Under the pieces are notes generated by a model that did no database searches, was not told the DNA's origin, and saw only the letters and a program-made list of their open reading frames with translations. Shown here in pieces: positions 8,343 through 18,557 of a DNA stretch of 64,000 nt. Both the position numbers and the translations under genes were made by a program. The stretch's first letter is position 1. The number at the start of each line of letters is the position of its first letter. Source of the stretch: a bacterium (lineage in GTDB: Bacteria > Patescibacteriota > Minisyncoccia > Phycocordibacterales > UBA12088). The stretch covers positions 21,574-85,573 of the forward strand of contig QKEV01000008.1 in assembly GCA_003252295.1 (NCBI GenBank), given 5' to 3'.

Positions 8343-10645
8343 TGACCAAAAAGCTACCTTTCTATATCTTGAGTATTTGTTTACTCGCATTTATTAATAC
8401 AAGTACCATACATGCTGAAGATGAAGCGGATCTTCAAGATGCACTTGATGGTGGTAATGTAACGGTGCCTGATTCTACTCAAGATAATCAGACAAGTGAT
8501 ACAAGTGATACAAGTGATACAAGTGATACAAATGATACAAGTGATCCTACAAAAGTGTTTATTATTGATACCGGTGTCAACGCTGCTGAGTTTAAGGATA
8601 GTGAAGGGAACGTACTTCCTATTTCAGGTACGTACAATGCTACGGATGGTAGTAGTGATGTAACAGATAATGTGGGTCATGGTACTAACATGGCAAATAC
8701 TTACGGTCAGGAGATTGGAGACGAGATACAGAGTGGGAAGGTGCAGGTGTACGTGGTGAAGGTGAGTGACTCACCTCAGATAAATGAGACTAATATACAG
8801 AACGCCTTGACATACGTGAAAGAAAACTCTGCCAGTCCTGGGGCTGATATTGTGAGTATGAGTTTTGGTTCTCCAGGTATAAACAATACGGCTGAAACAC
8901 AAGCGCTACTGAACCAGCTCAATGATGCTGGTGTGGTAGTGGTTGCTGCAGTAGGTAATGACGGTAGTATTATTACTGACACAGACAGTATAGCTGGTGC
9001 CCCAGGAGTCCTTGGTGTTGGAGCGACTACTGAAGGTGATGATAATGCTATCACTAGCTATTCAAGCGGTAGAATTACTGCGAGTGCAGATATATATGCA
9101 AGCGAGGGTCCTACTGAGTTAGGGCAAGGTACGTCAGCAGCAACAGCAAGAGCGGGAGCTATTATTGCTGGGGAGATAGCAGCAGGTAACATAACTGATG
9201 AGGATGGTAATGGTCTCATTGACTCAAATGAGGTTGAAAAGTACTTAGCGAGTGGTCAAATGGAACCAAGGTCTGATTTTAATGTGACTGACCAGGCAAC
9301 GTACCAAACGATAGCAGCAAATGGTATGACATATGATGCTGATAAAAACGTATTTATAACAGAAGCTGGAGGTGAGGTCTCACCTCTGCTTTTGGGTATA
9401 AGTGATGACCCTACGGCAATAGAGGAAAACATGGAGTACTACGGTGATCAGGTAAAATCAATGTCTGCCGAGGATCTTGAGTTTGCTAAAAAGATAGGTA
9501 TGGCTCCTCTTTTGTATAACGAGGCTGTAAAACCTGCTCTTGATGACACTGGGTTTGCACCAAGCTTCTCTTCTACACAGGAACTAAAGGGTTACAAAGA
9601 TACGAATTTAGCAGCTGCTGGGTATGACTATGATCCTATCGCTGATACTTGGACAAATTATGATACAGGTGATGTTATTGCTGATAATGATCTTGATGCA
9701 ATGAACTATAGTGAGTTTGTCGAGACGATGCGAGAATCTAAACTCGAAAATCTTGGACTTGAAGAAACAACACAAGGTTGGGTGGATGGAGATGGAGTAG
9801 TTGTTATTCCAGCAAGTGAGAGTTTGGCAACGATGAGTGAAGGGGATTTCAAAACTTACGTACTTGCTGCGGGTGGCGATATCGGAGATAGTACGTTCTA
9901 TGACCCTTTTCCTTACACTCTTGATAATAAGGAAATCAACTTGGCATATGCTGGTTTTAAGTACAACACGTTCACTGATTCCTGGGAACCAGATACCTCA
10001 ACTGACAAGGGTATAGCGCTTGATGCTGCAGGTATCGATTCCTACTCTACTGAAGAAATAGTTGCTATGAGCGATGTTGAATTCACTGCACTCATGAGTG
10101 AAGCAGAACTTGCTGCAGATGGTTACACACCAAGTCCTGATATTGCAGGTGTTTGGGTGAGTGCTGATGACCCAGATGACATGATGACCATAAGTCCTAC
10201 AACAGGTTACGCGGTGCCGTACACAGCAGGGTCAACAGGTACCACAGGCGGTTCAACAGGTAGTACAGGAACAACAGGAAGCAGTAAAGGTTTAGTAAAT
10301 TGTGGTGGTACAAGCAATGGGGGATTTAAGGAGTGTGGCTTGTGTGACCTTACCACAACAGCAGCGAATGTATTAAACTTTTTAGTAGTAGCAACAGCTA
10401 TCATAGCAACACTCCTCTTCATTAATGCAGGCGTACTCTACCTCTTTTCAGCAGGAAACCCTGGCAGTATCGCAAAGGCGCATAAGATCTTTGTTAATAC
10501 ACTTGTTGGTTTTATTATTGTCCTTGCTGCATGGCTTATTATCAACCTTCTTATGGCATGGTTCTTTACTGGAGATCTATCCAAGGTTTTGCCTGGTGAT
10601 TGGAATACTGCACTCTGTCCTGGTAGTGGAGTTGTTGCACCATAG
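8343..10645 (+). CDS. Secreted subtilisin-like serine protease (S8) with D/T/S repeat linker and C-terminal two-helix membrane anchor
   Basis: Signal peptide MTKKLPFYILSICLLAFINTSTIHA. Catalytic triad context FIIDTGV (Asp), GHGTNMA (His), GTSAATARAGA (Ser). The C-terminus has the Cys motif CGGTSNGGFKECGLCDL followed by two hydrophobic helices. The in-frame ATG at 8210 belongs to an upstream extension that is probably not translated. Confidence 0.8.
8497..8550 (+). repeat. Tandem 9-bp repeat (gatacaagt)x~5, encoding (DTS)n
   Basis: agtgatacaagtgatacaagtgatacaagtgatacaaatgatacaagtgat. It is in-frame inside the subtilase gene. Confidence 0.8.
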
Positions 10646-10670
10646 AGAGAAGAACTTGTTAATAGAAAAA

Positions 10671-10702
10671 CACCCACTGTATGTATACAGCGGGTGTTTT
10701 GT
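10671..10702. terminator. Bidirectional intrinsic terminator between convergent genes
   Basis: CACCCACTGTAT-g-ATACAGCGGGTG + TTTT. The complementary strand shows an A-run/T-run. Confidence 0.55.
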
Positions 10703-10704
10703 CT

Positions 10705-11016
10705 CTACTCTTCTACAGAATCTGTTTTTGTTTCCTCCGTTATCGTTTCTGGTTTTGGTTCTGGAGTTGGTTCGTTTGGTGCTTCTTCCTGAACCATAGC
10801 AGTTTGCTCCTCGTGCTGAAACTCTCGAGAGTCCCGCTTGAGCATGGCATTTATTGGGCAGTAGCGTAAAAACGCTGTACCAGCGAGTATTGCAGCTATT
10901 GCAGCAAGTATGATGCGTACCACATAATTTTCAACAATAAAGAGTGCAAAGAGTACAATGAGTGCTCCAGCGAGAGAACGCATGTGTGACTCTTGGGTTC
11001 CAATGTTTTTATTCAT
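10705..11016 (-). CDS. Small membrane protein, DUF2892/YgaP-like (tentative), with proline/glutamate-rich tail
   Basis: Two TM helices, then a ...RYCPINAMLK motif resembling DUF2892. The C-terminus is EPTPEPKPE-rich. Confidence 0.45.
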   Translation of the reverse strand: MNKNIGTQESHMRSLAGALIVLFALFIVENYVVRIILAAIAAILAGTAFLRYCPINAMLKRDSREFQHEEQTAMVQEEAPNEPTPEPKPETITEETKTDSVEE

Positions 11017-11102
11017 ATTTTTACATTCATTAATGAGTACTATCAGAATACCTCACAAACCGTAATGTATGTTGAGTATTTCCACACTACCTGTGCATAC
11101 CG

Positions 11103-12494
11103 ATGCTATACTTTACAGTGATGCAACATGGAAAGAAACAGAAAAGGTTATTTAGCAACGCAGCTTGGGTAGCAATTATCTTCTTTTTTGGGAGTACTTT
11201 GTTGCTATGGTTATTTTCTGATCAGTTAGCAATAATGTTCCTCTATATTCCTGGTCAAAATATAAGCGACCTTGTCCTCTTTGGACGGGCAAAGGTTATT
11301 CTTGTTGCAATACTTTCGATTTTGTTTGCCCTTGTCTCGTATGTCCTTGTACTCAAGTACTCACTGATGACAGTACACAGACCACCCCCTCCAGTCATAC
11401 CACAGGAGGCATTTTCTGATCTCATGCTCTCTCGTGAGCAGTTTCGTAAGTTGTATGAGAATAGTCCAGTACCGTACTTTTCAATAGACAGTGTAGGAAA
11501 TATTCGTAACCCAAACACAGCAGCATTGCGATTTTTAGGAGGAACGCTCGAGGAGTGTATCTCAACTAATTTTTATTCGTTACTCATTGATGAGGGTGAC
11601 TCAAGTCAAGGTATGTCACTCTTGAAAGCAAAAGTAGAACGTTCTGTACCAATCTCGCAAGAAGAGATGCGTATCACTACTATCAACAGGAAAAAAGATC
11701 GGTATGCATTGGTCTCCATTTACTCACTTGCACATAATTCATCAGTTGCCTTTAGGCACCTCGTAACGCTTGTTGATGTAAGTAAGGAGCGTGAAAATGA
11801 GCAAGTGAAGACTGACTTTTTGCTTCTCGCTTCACATCAGCTTCGTACACCACTAACTACCATAAAGTGGCATATAGACTACCTACTTTCATCTGACTCA
11901 ATAGAAATGCCTGATCTGGTGCGTGAGTATCTAGAACAAATATACATTGGTAACGAACGAATGATTGAGCTTATTACAACACTCTTAACGGTTTCCAGGA
12001 TTGAGATGGGCGTTCTTGCACCACAGTATGAGGAGGTGGAGGTAAACAAGGTGGTGCAAGATATTCTCGCTGAACTTTCAGCTGATATAAAGAAACGTAA
12101 GACAGAGGTAGTGGTAACTACTGAGGGAGATGATGTTTTGACCACAGATTACACCATGCTGCGTATCATCATTCATAACCTTCTTACGAATGCCATCAAG
12201 TACACCTCAAATGGTGGAAAAGTAACCATTGAGTCAATGTTTTCGCCACATTCTTGTACGATCGCTGTTTCTGATACAGGGTATGGTATACCAATAGATG
12301 AGCAGGAAAAGATCTTCACCAAGATGTTCCGAGCGACGAATGCACGAAAGGTCTCTGCAAATGGTACTGGTTTAGGACTCTATATGAGTAGAGCATTTAC
12401 AGAGAAACTGGGTGGCAGTATGACCTTCTACTCTGAGGAAGAAAAGGGTACGACGTTTACGATAACTTTGCCACGCGTTGCACCAGAAGCCTAG
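11103..12494 (+). CDS. Sensor histidine kinase (TM + PAS-like + HisKA + HATPase_c)
   Basis: H-box LASHQLRTPLTTIKW. It has an N box (LLTNAIKYT), a G1 box (DTGYGI) and a G2 box (GTGLGLYMSRAF). The N-terminus is hydrophobic. Confidence 0.85.
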   Translation: MLYFTVMQHGKKQKRLFSNAAWVAIIFFFGSTLLLWLFSDQLAIMFLYIPGQNISDLVLFGRAKVILVAILSILFALVSYVLVLKYSLMTVHRPPPPVIPQEAFSDLMLSREQFRKLYENSPVPYFSIDSVGNIRNPNTAALRFLGGTLEECISTNFYSLLIDEGDSSQGMSLLKAKVERSVPISQEEMRITTINRKKDRYALVSIYSLAHNSSVAFRHLVTLVDVSKERENEQVKTDFLLLASHQLRTPLTTIKWHIDYLLSSDSIEMPDLVREYLEQIYIGNERMIELITTLLTVSRIEMGVLAPQYEEVEVNKVVQDILAELSADIKKRKTEVVVTTEGDDVLTTDYTMLRIIIHNLLTNAIKYTSNGGKVTIESMFSPHSCTIAVSDTGYGIPIDEQEKIFTKMFRATNARKVSANGTGLGLYMSRAFTEKLGGSMTFYSEEEKGTTFTITLPRVAPEA

Positions 12495-12552
12495 TAACGG
12501 TATTCTAGCAGTATATTTTAAATAAATAATTAGTAGTTTACTTATAGTCAGT

Positions 12553-12936
12553 ATGAATTCACAAAATACATGTTCAGTACTAATCGTTGATGATGAAGAG
12601 TCACTCGTGAACGTACTTGCTCGTAAGTTTGAGGATGAGGGAATAACAGCATATACAGCACTTGATGGTCGCGAAGGTCTCAACTTAGCTCTAGAAAAGC
12701 ATCCTGATATTATTTTGCTCGATATTATGATGCCTGAGATGGATGGTTTTGACGTCATGAAGCATCTTCAAGAGGATGCGTGGGGTAAAACAGTTCCTAT
12801 TATTCTCCTCACTAACTCTTCAAGTATTGATACGGTAGCAAAGGCAGTTACCTCAGGTATGAGTGAGTTTTTGGTAAAGACTGACATACGTCTTGATGAT
12901 GTAGTTGCAAAGGTGAAGGATAGGATACAGGGCTAA
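12553..12936 (+). CDS. Stand-alone response-regulator receiver domain (CheY-like)
   Basis: VLIVDDEESL...DIILLDIMMPEMDGFDV...PIILLTN. It is 127 aa with no output domain. Confidence 0.85.
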   Translation: MNSQNTCSVLIVDDEESLVNVLARKFEDEGITAYTALDGREGLNLALEKHPDIILLDIMMPEMDGFDVMKHLQEDAWGKTVPIILLTNSSSIDTVAKAVTSGMSEFLVKTDIRLDDVVAKVKDRIQG

Positions 12937-12963
12937 GAGAGTAATTTACGTATATACGTTACA

Positions 12964-12995
12964 GCAAGCCGCTCACATGAGCGGCTTGCTTTGTT
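12964..12995 (+). terminator. Intrinsic terminator
   Basis: GCAAGCCGCTCA-cat-GAGCGGCTTGC + TTTGTT. Confidence 0.6.
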
Positions 12996-13055
12996 AGGTG
13001 ATTATTCAGGTGATTAATACCCAAAAGGCACACGTCACCTGAATAGTTTTGAGAT

Positions 13056-14846
13056 TTATAAATCGAAGAAGTCCACAATCGTATCGTACAGTTCATCGAG
13101 ATTGTCACGCTTGCGGAGTATGTGGTCCTCGTCAGAGAAGGAGAGTGTCTCAAGGTTTACCCCTTGTTTTTCTGCAAACTCTACGTACTTGGTAGACTGC
13201 CATACCGGTACCGTCGAGTCATTCTCTCCCCACACCACGAGCACCTTGTCTTTTTTGGTGAGTTCATCCATGCCGGTAAACACACTTGCCTGCATGTAGG
13301 CATCTAGGTTGTCCGTATCAGGAACTCCATTAAACACGCTGGTGAATGGAGAGCTTGGTATAGCCTGAAGGAGTCCATACCAGTCAGACACACCGTTTAT
13401 TGAGATCACACCATCAAGTTTTTTTGGATAATCGACGATGCCACGTAGTGCCATGTATCCTCCATAGCTGTTACCAATGAGGTACACGTTATCTATATCC
13501 AAGTCTTTCTTGATGTCATCTATTGCGTCTTCAACATCTTCCATCTCCACATCACCGACATGCATAGTGAGTGCTTTTCTGAAGTCTGCACCGTAACCAG
13601 TAGAGCCGGTGTAGTCTATTTTGTAGACGTAGTTGCCATCTGCCACGAGCCGTTCAAGTAAGTCATCATAGACAGCGTAAGATAGGTATGAATGGTACTC
13701 TTTTGCTACCTGTCGCTGTGGGCCTCCGTGCATCCAAATGAAGAGGTTGCCGCTACCGCCTTTTGTAGGTGAGAGAAGTACTCCATTACTGTCTCCGTAC
13801 TCCACCACTTCTCGTTCTACCTTGCTCGAAAGTTTTGATGCTCGTACTGGTGTGAGGGTGGTTTCTTTTCCTGCATCATCTATAAGCATGAGATTTGTAT
13901 TTTTTCCTTCAGTTTTGAGAAAGGTGAGGAAAGTGCCATCACTGGTATCAACCCTCTTGATGTAGTCACCGTATGACACATCCTCCTCCACTTTTTGTGT
14001 CTTACTGTCTTTGTAGCTGAAGAGGTCCCATTCAAGTGGTCCATCTACATTTGCCATAAAGTAGAGTACATTGTTTGCAAAGAGGTAATCCTCTAATTCG
14101 GTTTCAGGTTTGGTGAGCTGTTTGAGTGAAGAAGGGTTAGTTTTTCCAAGATCACTTGTTTTCATGGTGTAGAGTGTTTTGTAGCCATCTACATCGTCAA
14201 GGAATGCTATTTGCTCTTCATTATCTGAAAATTCAAGATATGATTGCATAGATGAAGGTGGTGTGAGCTTTTTGCCATCAGAAAAACGCCATACCTCATG
14301 TTCAACTGTTGAGTAGTTGTAGCCAGCAACATAGTTACCGTCAGGTGAAATAGTAAGAAAAGCGAGAGTTTTTTGCAGAGTGAGTGTATTCTGCTTCTTT
14401 GTTTTTATATCGTAACGGGTGTAAGTGAGACCATCTTTAAAGATAACTGCAGTACTGTTCTTAGAAAATGATACCGTTGCACCTTTCTTGGTGTAGGGGA
14501 TGAGTGCGAGTTTTTTAGGTGTCTTTGTTGAGGTGTCGTAGAGGAAATAGTACACAGCAGTACCTGCAATAAATGGCTTGATACCAAGAGTTCCATCACT
14601 GTTTGTGACATATGCATTTGAACCTAAGAGTGTTGGGAGAAGGTTTGGTTCTTCTGAACCAACCTTATCGCAATCATTGTCAGTGGTGCAGGTGTAGTAT
14701 GTTGCACCTGCGGGTCCTTTGTACTGGAGTACGAGTGTATCTTTATACTGGCTTAGTAGTGAGCCATAATGTATTTCTCCAGCATGCGCTGTACTTGCTA
14801 CAAACAAGAGTGGCAGTGAGAGAATAAGGGATTTATGTAGTTTCAT
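13056..14846 (-). CDS. Secreted S9-family (prolyl oligopeptidase/acylaminoacyl-peptidase-like) serine peptidase with N-terminal beta-propeller
   Basis: Signal peptide MKLHKSLILSLPLLFVASTAHA. The C-terminal alpha/beta-hydrolase region has the nucleophile GNSYGGYMA. The N-terminal half is repetitive and beta-rich. Confidence 0.7.
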   Translation of the reverse strand: MKLHKSLILSLPLLFVASTAHAGEIHYGSLLSQYKDTLVLQYKGPAGATYYTCTTDNDCDKVGSEEPNLLPTLLGSNAYVTNSDGTLGIKPFIAGTAVYYFLYDTSTKTPKKLALIPYTKKGATVSFSKNSTAVIFKDGLTYTRYDIKTKKQNTLTLQKTLAFLTISPDGNYVAGYNYSTVEHEVWRFSDGKKLTPPSSMQSYLEFSDNEEQIAFLDDVDGYKTLYTMKTSDLGKTNPSSLKQLTKPETELEDYLFANNVLYFMANVDGPLEWDLFSYKDSKTQKVEEDVSYGDYIKRVDTSDGTFLTFLKTEGKNTNLMLIDDAGKETTLTPVRASKLSSKVEREVVEYGDSNGVLLSPTKGGSGNLFIWMHGGPQRQVAKEYHSYLSYAVYDDLLERLVADGNYVYKIDYTGSTGYGADFRKALTMHVGDVEMEDVEDAIDDIKKDLDIDNVYLIGNSYGGYMALRGIVDYPKKLDGVISINGVSDWYGLLQAIPSSPFTSVFNGVPDTDNLDAYMQASVFTGMDELTKKDKVLVVWGENDSTVPVWQSTKYVEFAEKQGVNLETLSFSDEDHILRKRDNLDELYDTIVDFFDL

Positions 14847-14994
14847 ATAGTTTTTATGTGATGAGCATTACGTAGTGTGTATTATACCTGACGATGCCAA
14901 AGTAAAAACTTTCGTTTACAAAGTGCACTGTCGTGGTAATCTGTAGTTCAGGTAATAGTACGTCTATTTTTAGTGAAAACATTCACATTCATGA

Positions 14995-15294
14995 ATGGAG
15001 GTGACCATGTTGCGAAGAATAGTACCCGACAGGGTGTGCTCAAAATGTTACGGGAATATACTTGCACAGCGGGTAGAAGTCTCTGGCAAGAAATGCTTAC
15101 GCTGTAAGGAGGAGTTTGTTGGTAATGATGTTTCTGTCTGCACAAGGTGCAATGGTATCGTTGTAAAATGTGATGTTTCCATTACTCAGTTTTTATGTGT
15201 AAGTTGTGGAGAAAATTTTCAGGGTACGAGCGAAACCGTTGGTGTTTCAAGACAACCAATACTTCAAAACTGCAGGCAAGGGCACTGGTGCTAA
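14995..15294 (+). CDS. Cys-rich zinc-ribbon protein (4x CxxC)
   Basis: CSKC, CLRC, CTRC and CVSC pairs. It is followed by a clean terminator. Confidence 0.4.
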   Translation: MEVTMLRRIVPDRVCSKCYGNILAQRVEVSGKKCLRCKEEFVGNDVSVCTRCNGIVVKCDVSITQFLCVSCGENFQGTSETVGVSRQPILQNCRQGHWC

Positions 15295-15311
15295 TGTGAG
15301 ATCTTTCTGGT

Positions 15312-15342
15312 AAAATGCCCCACTTTGTGGGGCATTTGTTGT
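15312..15342 (+). terminator. Intrinsic terminator
   Basis: ATGCCCCAC-tttg-TGGGGCAT + TTGTT. Confidence 0.6.
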
Positions 15343-15354
15343 ATTATGTAGGAC

Positions 15355-17151
15355 ATGAATAAAAAAATAGTGACGTTTTTTCAGATAGTCGCAGTTTTGT
15401 TCGTTTTTGTGCCACAAACAGTTTTAGGTGCCGAGGTGATACCGTCTTTTGATGCACGTGTCGTTGTGTACAAAAATGCAACAATAGAGGTGACAGAGCG
15501 TATTTTGTATGATTTTGGTGACAATGAACGCCACGGTATTTTTCGTGTTATTCCGTACAGCTATCAAGCAGGGAATGAGACCTATACAGCAGAAGTGAGT
15601 TCTGTGTTGGTGACTGATGGGATGGGTACACCACTACCGTTTACTGAGAGTAGGGGAAACGGTGAACTTACGCTGAAGATTGGTGATCCAAACAAAACAA
15701 TAACGGGGGAGCATGCATATGAGCTTACGTATGTAGTAGAGGGTCCTTTTTTGTACTATGAGGATTTCGATGAGTTATACTGGAACGTGACAGGATACTG
15801 GGAAAAACCTATCACGAATGCAAGTGTACTCGTTGATTTGCCGGTAGGTGCCGAGGTGCTTCAAGCTTCTTGTTACAAGGGAAAGGACGGTTCAAAGGAT
15901 CAATGTGATGAAAGTGTGCCACTCGTGAATACTGAACGTGCAGGATACAACGCGAAAGCACTCGATCTTAAGTCAGAAGAAGGGTTTACCATTGCAGTTT
16001 CTTTTCCTAAAGGGGTAATAGAAACGGAGCTATCTCAGAGGAGAGAGAGTAGTTCCGGGATCCTTTCTTCATGGGCCTTTTCACCATTCATACCTTCAGT
16101 TGTACCATTCTTCTTACTACTCACTTTAGTGTATCTGTGGTTTACGAAGGGACGTGACCCTGATGCTAGTAAAGTAATCGTGACCCAGTTTGAGCCACCA
16201 GAAGGTATGGGGCCATCAGTAGCAAGTGTTGTATATAGTGAAAAGGTGGAGGATGCTTCAATAGCGGCAGAAATACTGCGTCTTGCAGTCGATGGGTACA
16301 TCAAGATACATCGTCTTGAAAAAGATTTCTTAATATTTTCATTGTCAGACTATGTTTTTGCACGTGCAAACGACAAAGTTCCTGCTGATGAGGTGAGTGC
16401 TCGTGTACTTGAAAAAATATTTCAGGATGATTTCATGAGTGAAGAGGAAATAGGTGGCAAGAAGATACAGGTTGCGCTTCTTTCAAGAATGAAGAATGAA
16501 TTTGTTGATGAAAAAGATGCTATCGAGGATCTAGTGTACCAGACGGTAACAGAAGAGAACTATTTTATACAAAACCCTGACAAGGTACGCACGTGGTACG
16601 TTGTTGCCACAGTGCTGGTGAATGGTATATCAATTCTGTGGGCAACAGGTATTCTCTTACTTGGAAACAATCAAGGTACATCTGACTTTGTTTGGACGTA
16701 TGGACCTCTTGCAGTTATTTTGGCACTTGCGTTCTTTTTCAGTCTTCACATGCCTGCTCGAACAAAAGAGGGGGTTCGTTTACAAACTCACCTTAAGGGT
16801 TTTAAGCGATACCTCGATATAGCAGAAAAAGACCGTATCGCCTTTCATGATGCTCCAGAAAAAAAAGGCGATACCCCTGAGAGAACAGTTGAGATATTTA
16901 GTCGATTTTTGCCATATGCGGTGATGTTTGGAGTTGAAGAGAACTGGGCAAAACAGTTTGAAGACATCTTCACAGAAGCTCCTCAATGGTATGAGGGAGG
17001 TAATGGAACTTTTTCACCAAGCGTGTTTGCTACTGATATGAAAATGTTTACACAGAGTGTCAGTACTGCAACAATGCCGCAATCCTCAGGTTCTGGGGGC
17101 GGTGGCAGTGTTGGTGGCGGCTTCGGAGGTGGAGGTGGAGGTTCCTGGTAA
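15355..17151 (+). CDS. DUF2207-family membrane protein with Gly-rich C-terminus
   Basis: The architecture is signal peptide, a ~230-aa extracellular domain, TM helices, then a cytoplasmic region ending GSGGGGSVGGGFGGGGGGSW. This is typical of DUF2207. Confidence 0.6.
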   Translation: MNKKIVTFFQIVAVLFVFVPQTVLGAEVIPSFDARVVVYKNATIEVTERILYDFGDNERHGIFRVIPYSYQAGNETYTAEVSSVLVTDGMGTPLPFTESRGNGELTLKIGDPNKTITGEHAYELTYVVEGPFLYYEDFDELYWNVTGYWEKPITNASVLVDLPVGAEVLQASCYKGKDGSKDQCDESVPLVNTERAGYNAKALDLKSEEGFTIAVSFPKGVIETELSQRRESSSGILSSWAFSPFIPSVVPFFLLLTLVYLWFTKGRDPDASKVIVTQFEPPEGMGPSVASVVYSEKVEDASIAAEILRLAVDGYIKIHRLEKDFLIFSLSDYVFARANDKVPADEVSARVLEKIFQDDFMSEEEIGGKKIQVALLSRMKNEFVDEKDAIEDLVYQTVTEENYFIQNPDKVRTWYVVATVLVNGISILWATGILLLGNNQGTSDFVWTYGPLAVILALAFFFSLHMPARTKEGVRLQTHLKGFKRYLDIAEKDRIAFHDAPEKKGDTPERTVEIFSRFLPYAVMFGVEENWAKQFEDIFTEAPQWYEGGNGTFSPSVFATDMKMFTQSVSTATMPQSSGSGGGGSVGGGFGGGGGGSW

Positions 17152-17203
17152 TTGCAGTAATTACTAAAATGAAGTAGGTCCAACCTGCTTTATTATATGA
17201 AAT

Positions 17204-18556
17204 ATGTTGGATTGTAGAGAAATATTTGAAGGAAAGAAGGTAACTCAAATGGGCTTGGGTCTTTTGGGTGGTGGTACAGGTGATGCTGAGTACATGGCAA
17301 AAAATGGTGCCGAGGTTTTGATAACAGATCTAAAAACAGAGGAACAATTGGTATCATCAGTAGAACAGCTTCAAAAGTTTCCAAACATATCGTTCAGACT
17401 TGGGGAACACAAGGAGGAAGACTTTTTCAATAGGGATTTCATTTTAAAGGGCCCAAGTGTTCCCTTGAGTAATGTTTTTATTGAAACAGCAAGAAAAAAC
17501 AATGTGCCGGTGGATATGAGTGCATCACTCATGCTTCGTATCGCACATGTACCTGCTATCGGTGTTACAGGAACGAGGGGGAAGTCTACAGTCGTGCACT
17601 TTTTGAGCACTATGCTAGAGAAGGATGGTAGAGCAGTACTCACTGGTGGCAATGTAAAAGGTTTATCGAGTTTAGCACTTTTGGATCAAGTAGAGGCTGA
17701 TTCTGTGGGAGTTTTTGAACTCGACTCATGGAAATGCCAAGGTTTTGGGGAAGAGAGGAGTTTGCAGCATGATCGTGTGCAACAAGGATCACACTCACCG
17801 CAAGTTGCTGTGTTTACGACATTCATGCCTGATCATATGAACTACTACAAGGGTGATATGGGAGCATACCTTGCCGATAAGGCGAACATCTTCCTACACC
17901 AGAGTACTGGAGACGTGCTCGTGATAGGCAAGCAGGCACTTCCAGCTGTAGAAACGTATAAAAAGCACATCAAAGCGGATGTTGTGGTAGCAGACGAAAG
18001 TTCTTTGCCCAAGGGCTGGAAGGTTGGTCTTTTGGGTGAGCATAACAGGTATAATGCTGGTGTCGCTGTTGCAACCGCTCGAGCGTTTGGTGTGGATGAT
18101 GAGGTCATACGTGAAGTGGTAGAGACTATGTTGCCGCTTCCAGGAAGGTTGGAACTGGTAGGTGAGAAAAAAGGTGTACGATTTTACAATGATACTAACG
18201 CTACAACTCCTGAAGCAACCATGGTTGCCTTACGAGCACTTAAAGAAGTTGGTCCTATACGACTCATAACTGGTGGAACTGCAAAAGATCTTGATGCGGG
18301 TGCATTATTACCTCTCATCGGGGAGTATACTGAGGAAGTGGTGTTTTTAGATGGATCAGGTACAAGACAGCTACTTAATGGGAGAGAGGATAGGTTTACA
18401 GTTGTTAATTCACTGCAAAAAGCGTTCAGTGAGGTAATCAGTCATGCAAAAGAGGGGGATAGTATTCTTTTTTCGCCGGCATTTTCCTCATTTGAGATGT
18501 TTGCGAATGAGTTTGATAGAGGGGAACAATTTAATGCACTTGTAACAGGTTTGTAG
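17204..18556 (+). CDS. murD: UDP-N-acetylmuramoylalanine--D-glutamate ligase
   Basis: N-terminal Rossmann GLGLLGGG, the Mur-ligase P-loop GVTGTRGKSTV, and a C-terminal Mur-ligase domain. Confidence 0.8.
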   Translation: MLDCREIFEGKKVTQMGLGLLGGGTGDAEYMAKNGAEVLITDLKTEEQLVSSVEQLQKFPNISFRLGEHKEEDFFNRDFILKGPSVPLSNVFIETARKNNVPVDMSASLMLRIAHVPAIGVTGTRGKSTVVHFLSTMLEKDGRAVLTGGNVKGLSSLALLDQVEADSVGVFELDSWKCQGFGEERSLQHDRVQQGSHSPQVAVFTTFMPDHMNYYKGDMGAYLADKANIFLHQSTGDVLVIGKQALPAVETYKKHIKADVVVADESSLPKGWKVGLLGEHNRYNAGVAVATARAFGVDDEVIREVVETMLPLPGRLELVGEKKGVRFYNDTNATTPEATMVALRALKEVGPIRLITGGTAKDLDAGALLPLIGEYTEEVVFLDGSGTRQLLNGREDRFTVVNSLQKAFSEVISHAKEGDSILFSPAFSSFEMFANEFDRGEQFNALVTGL

Positions 18557-18557
18557 T

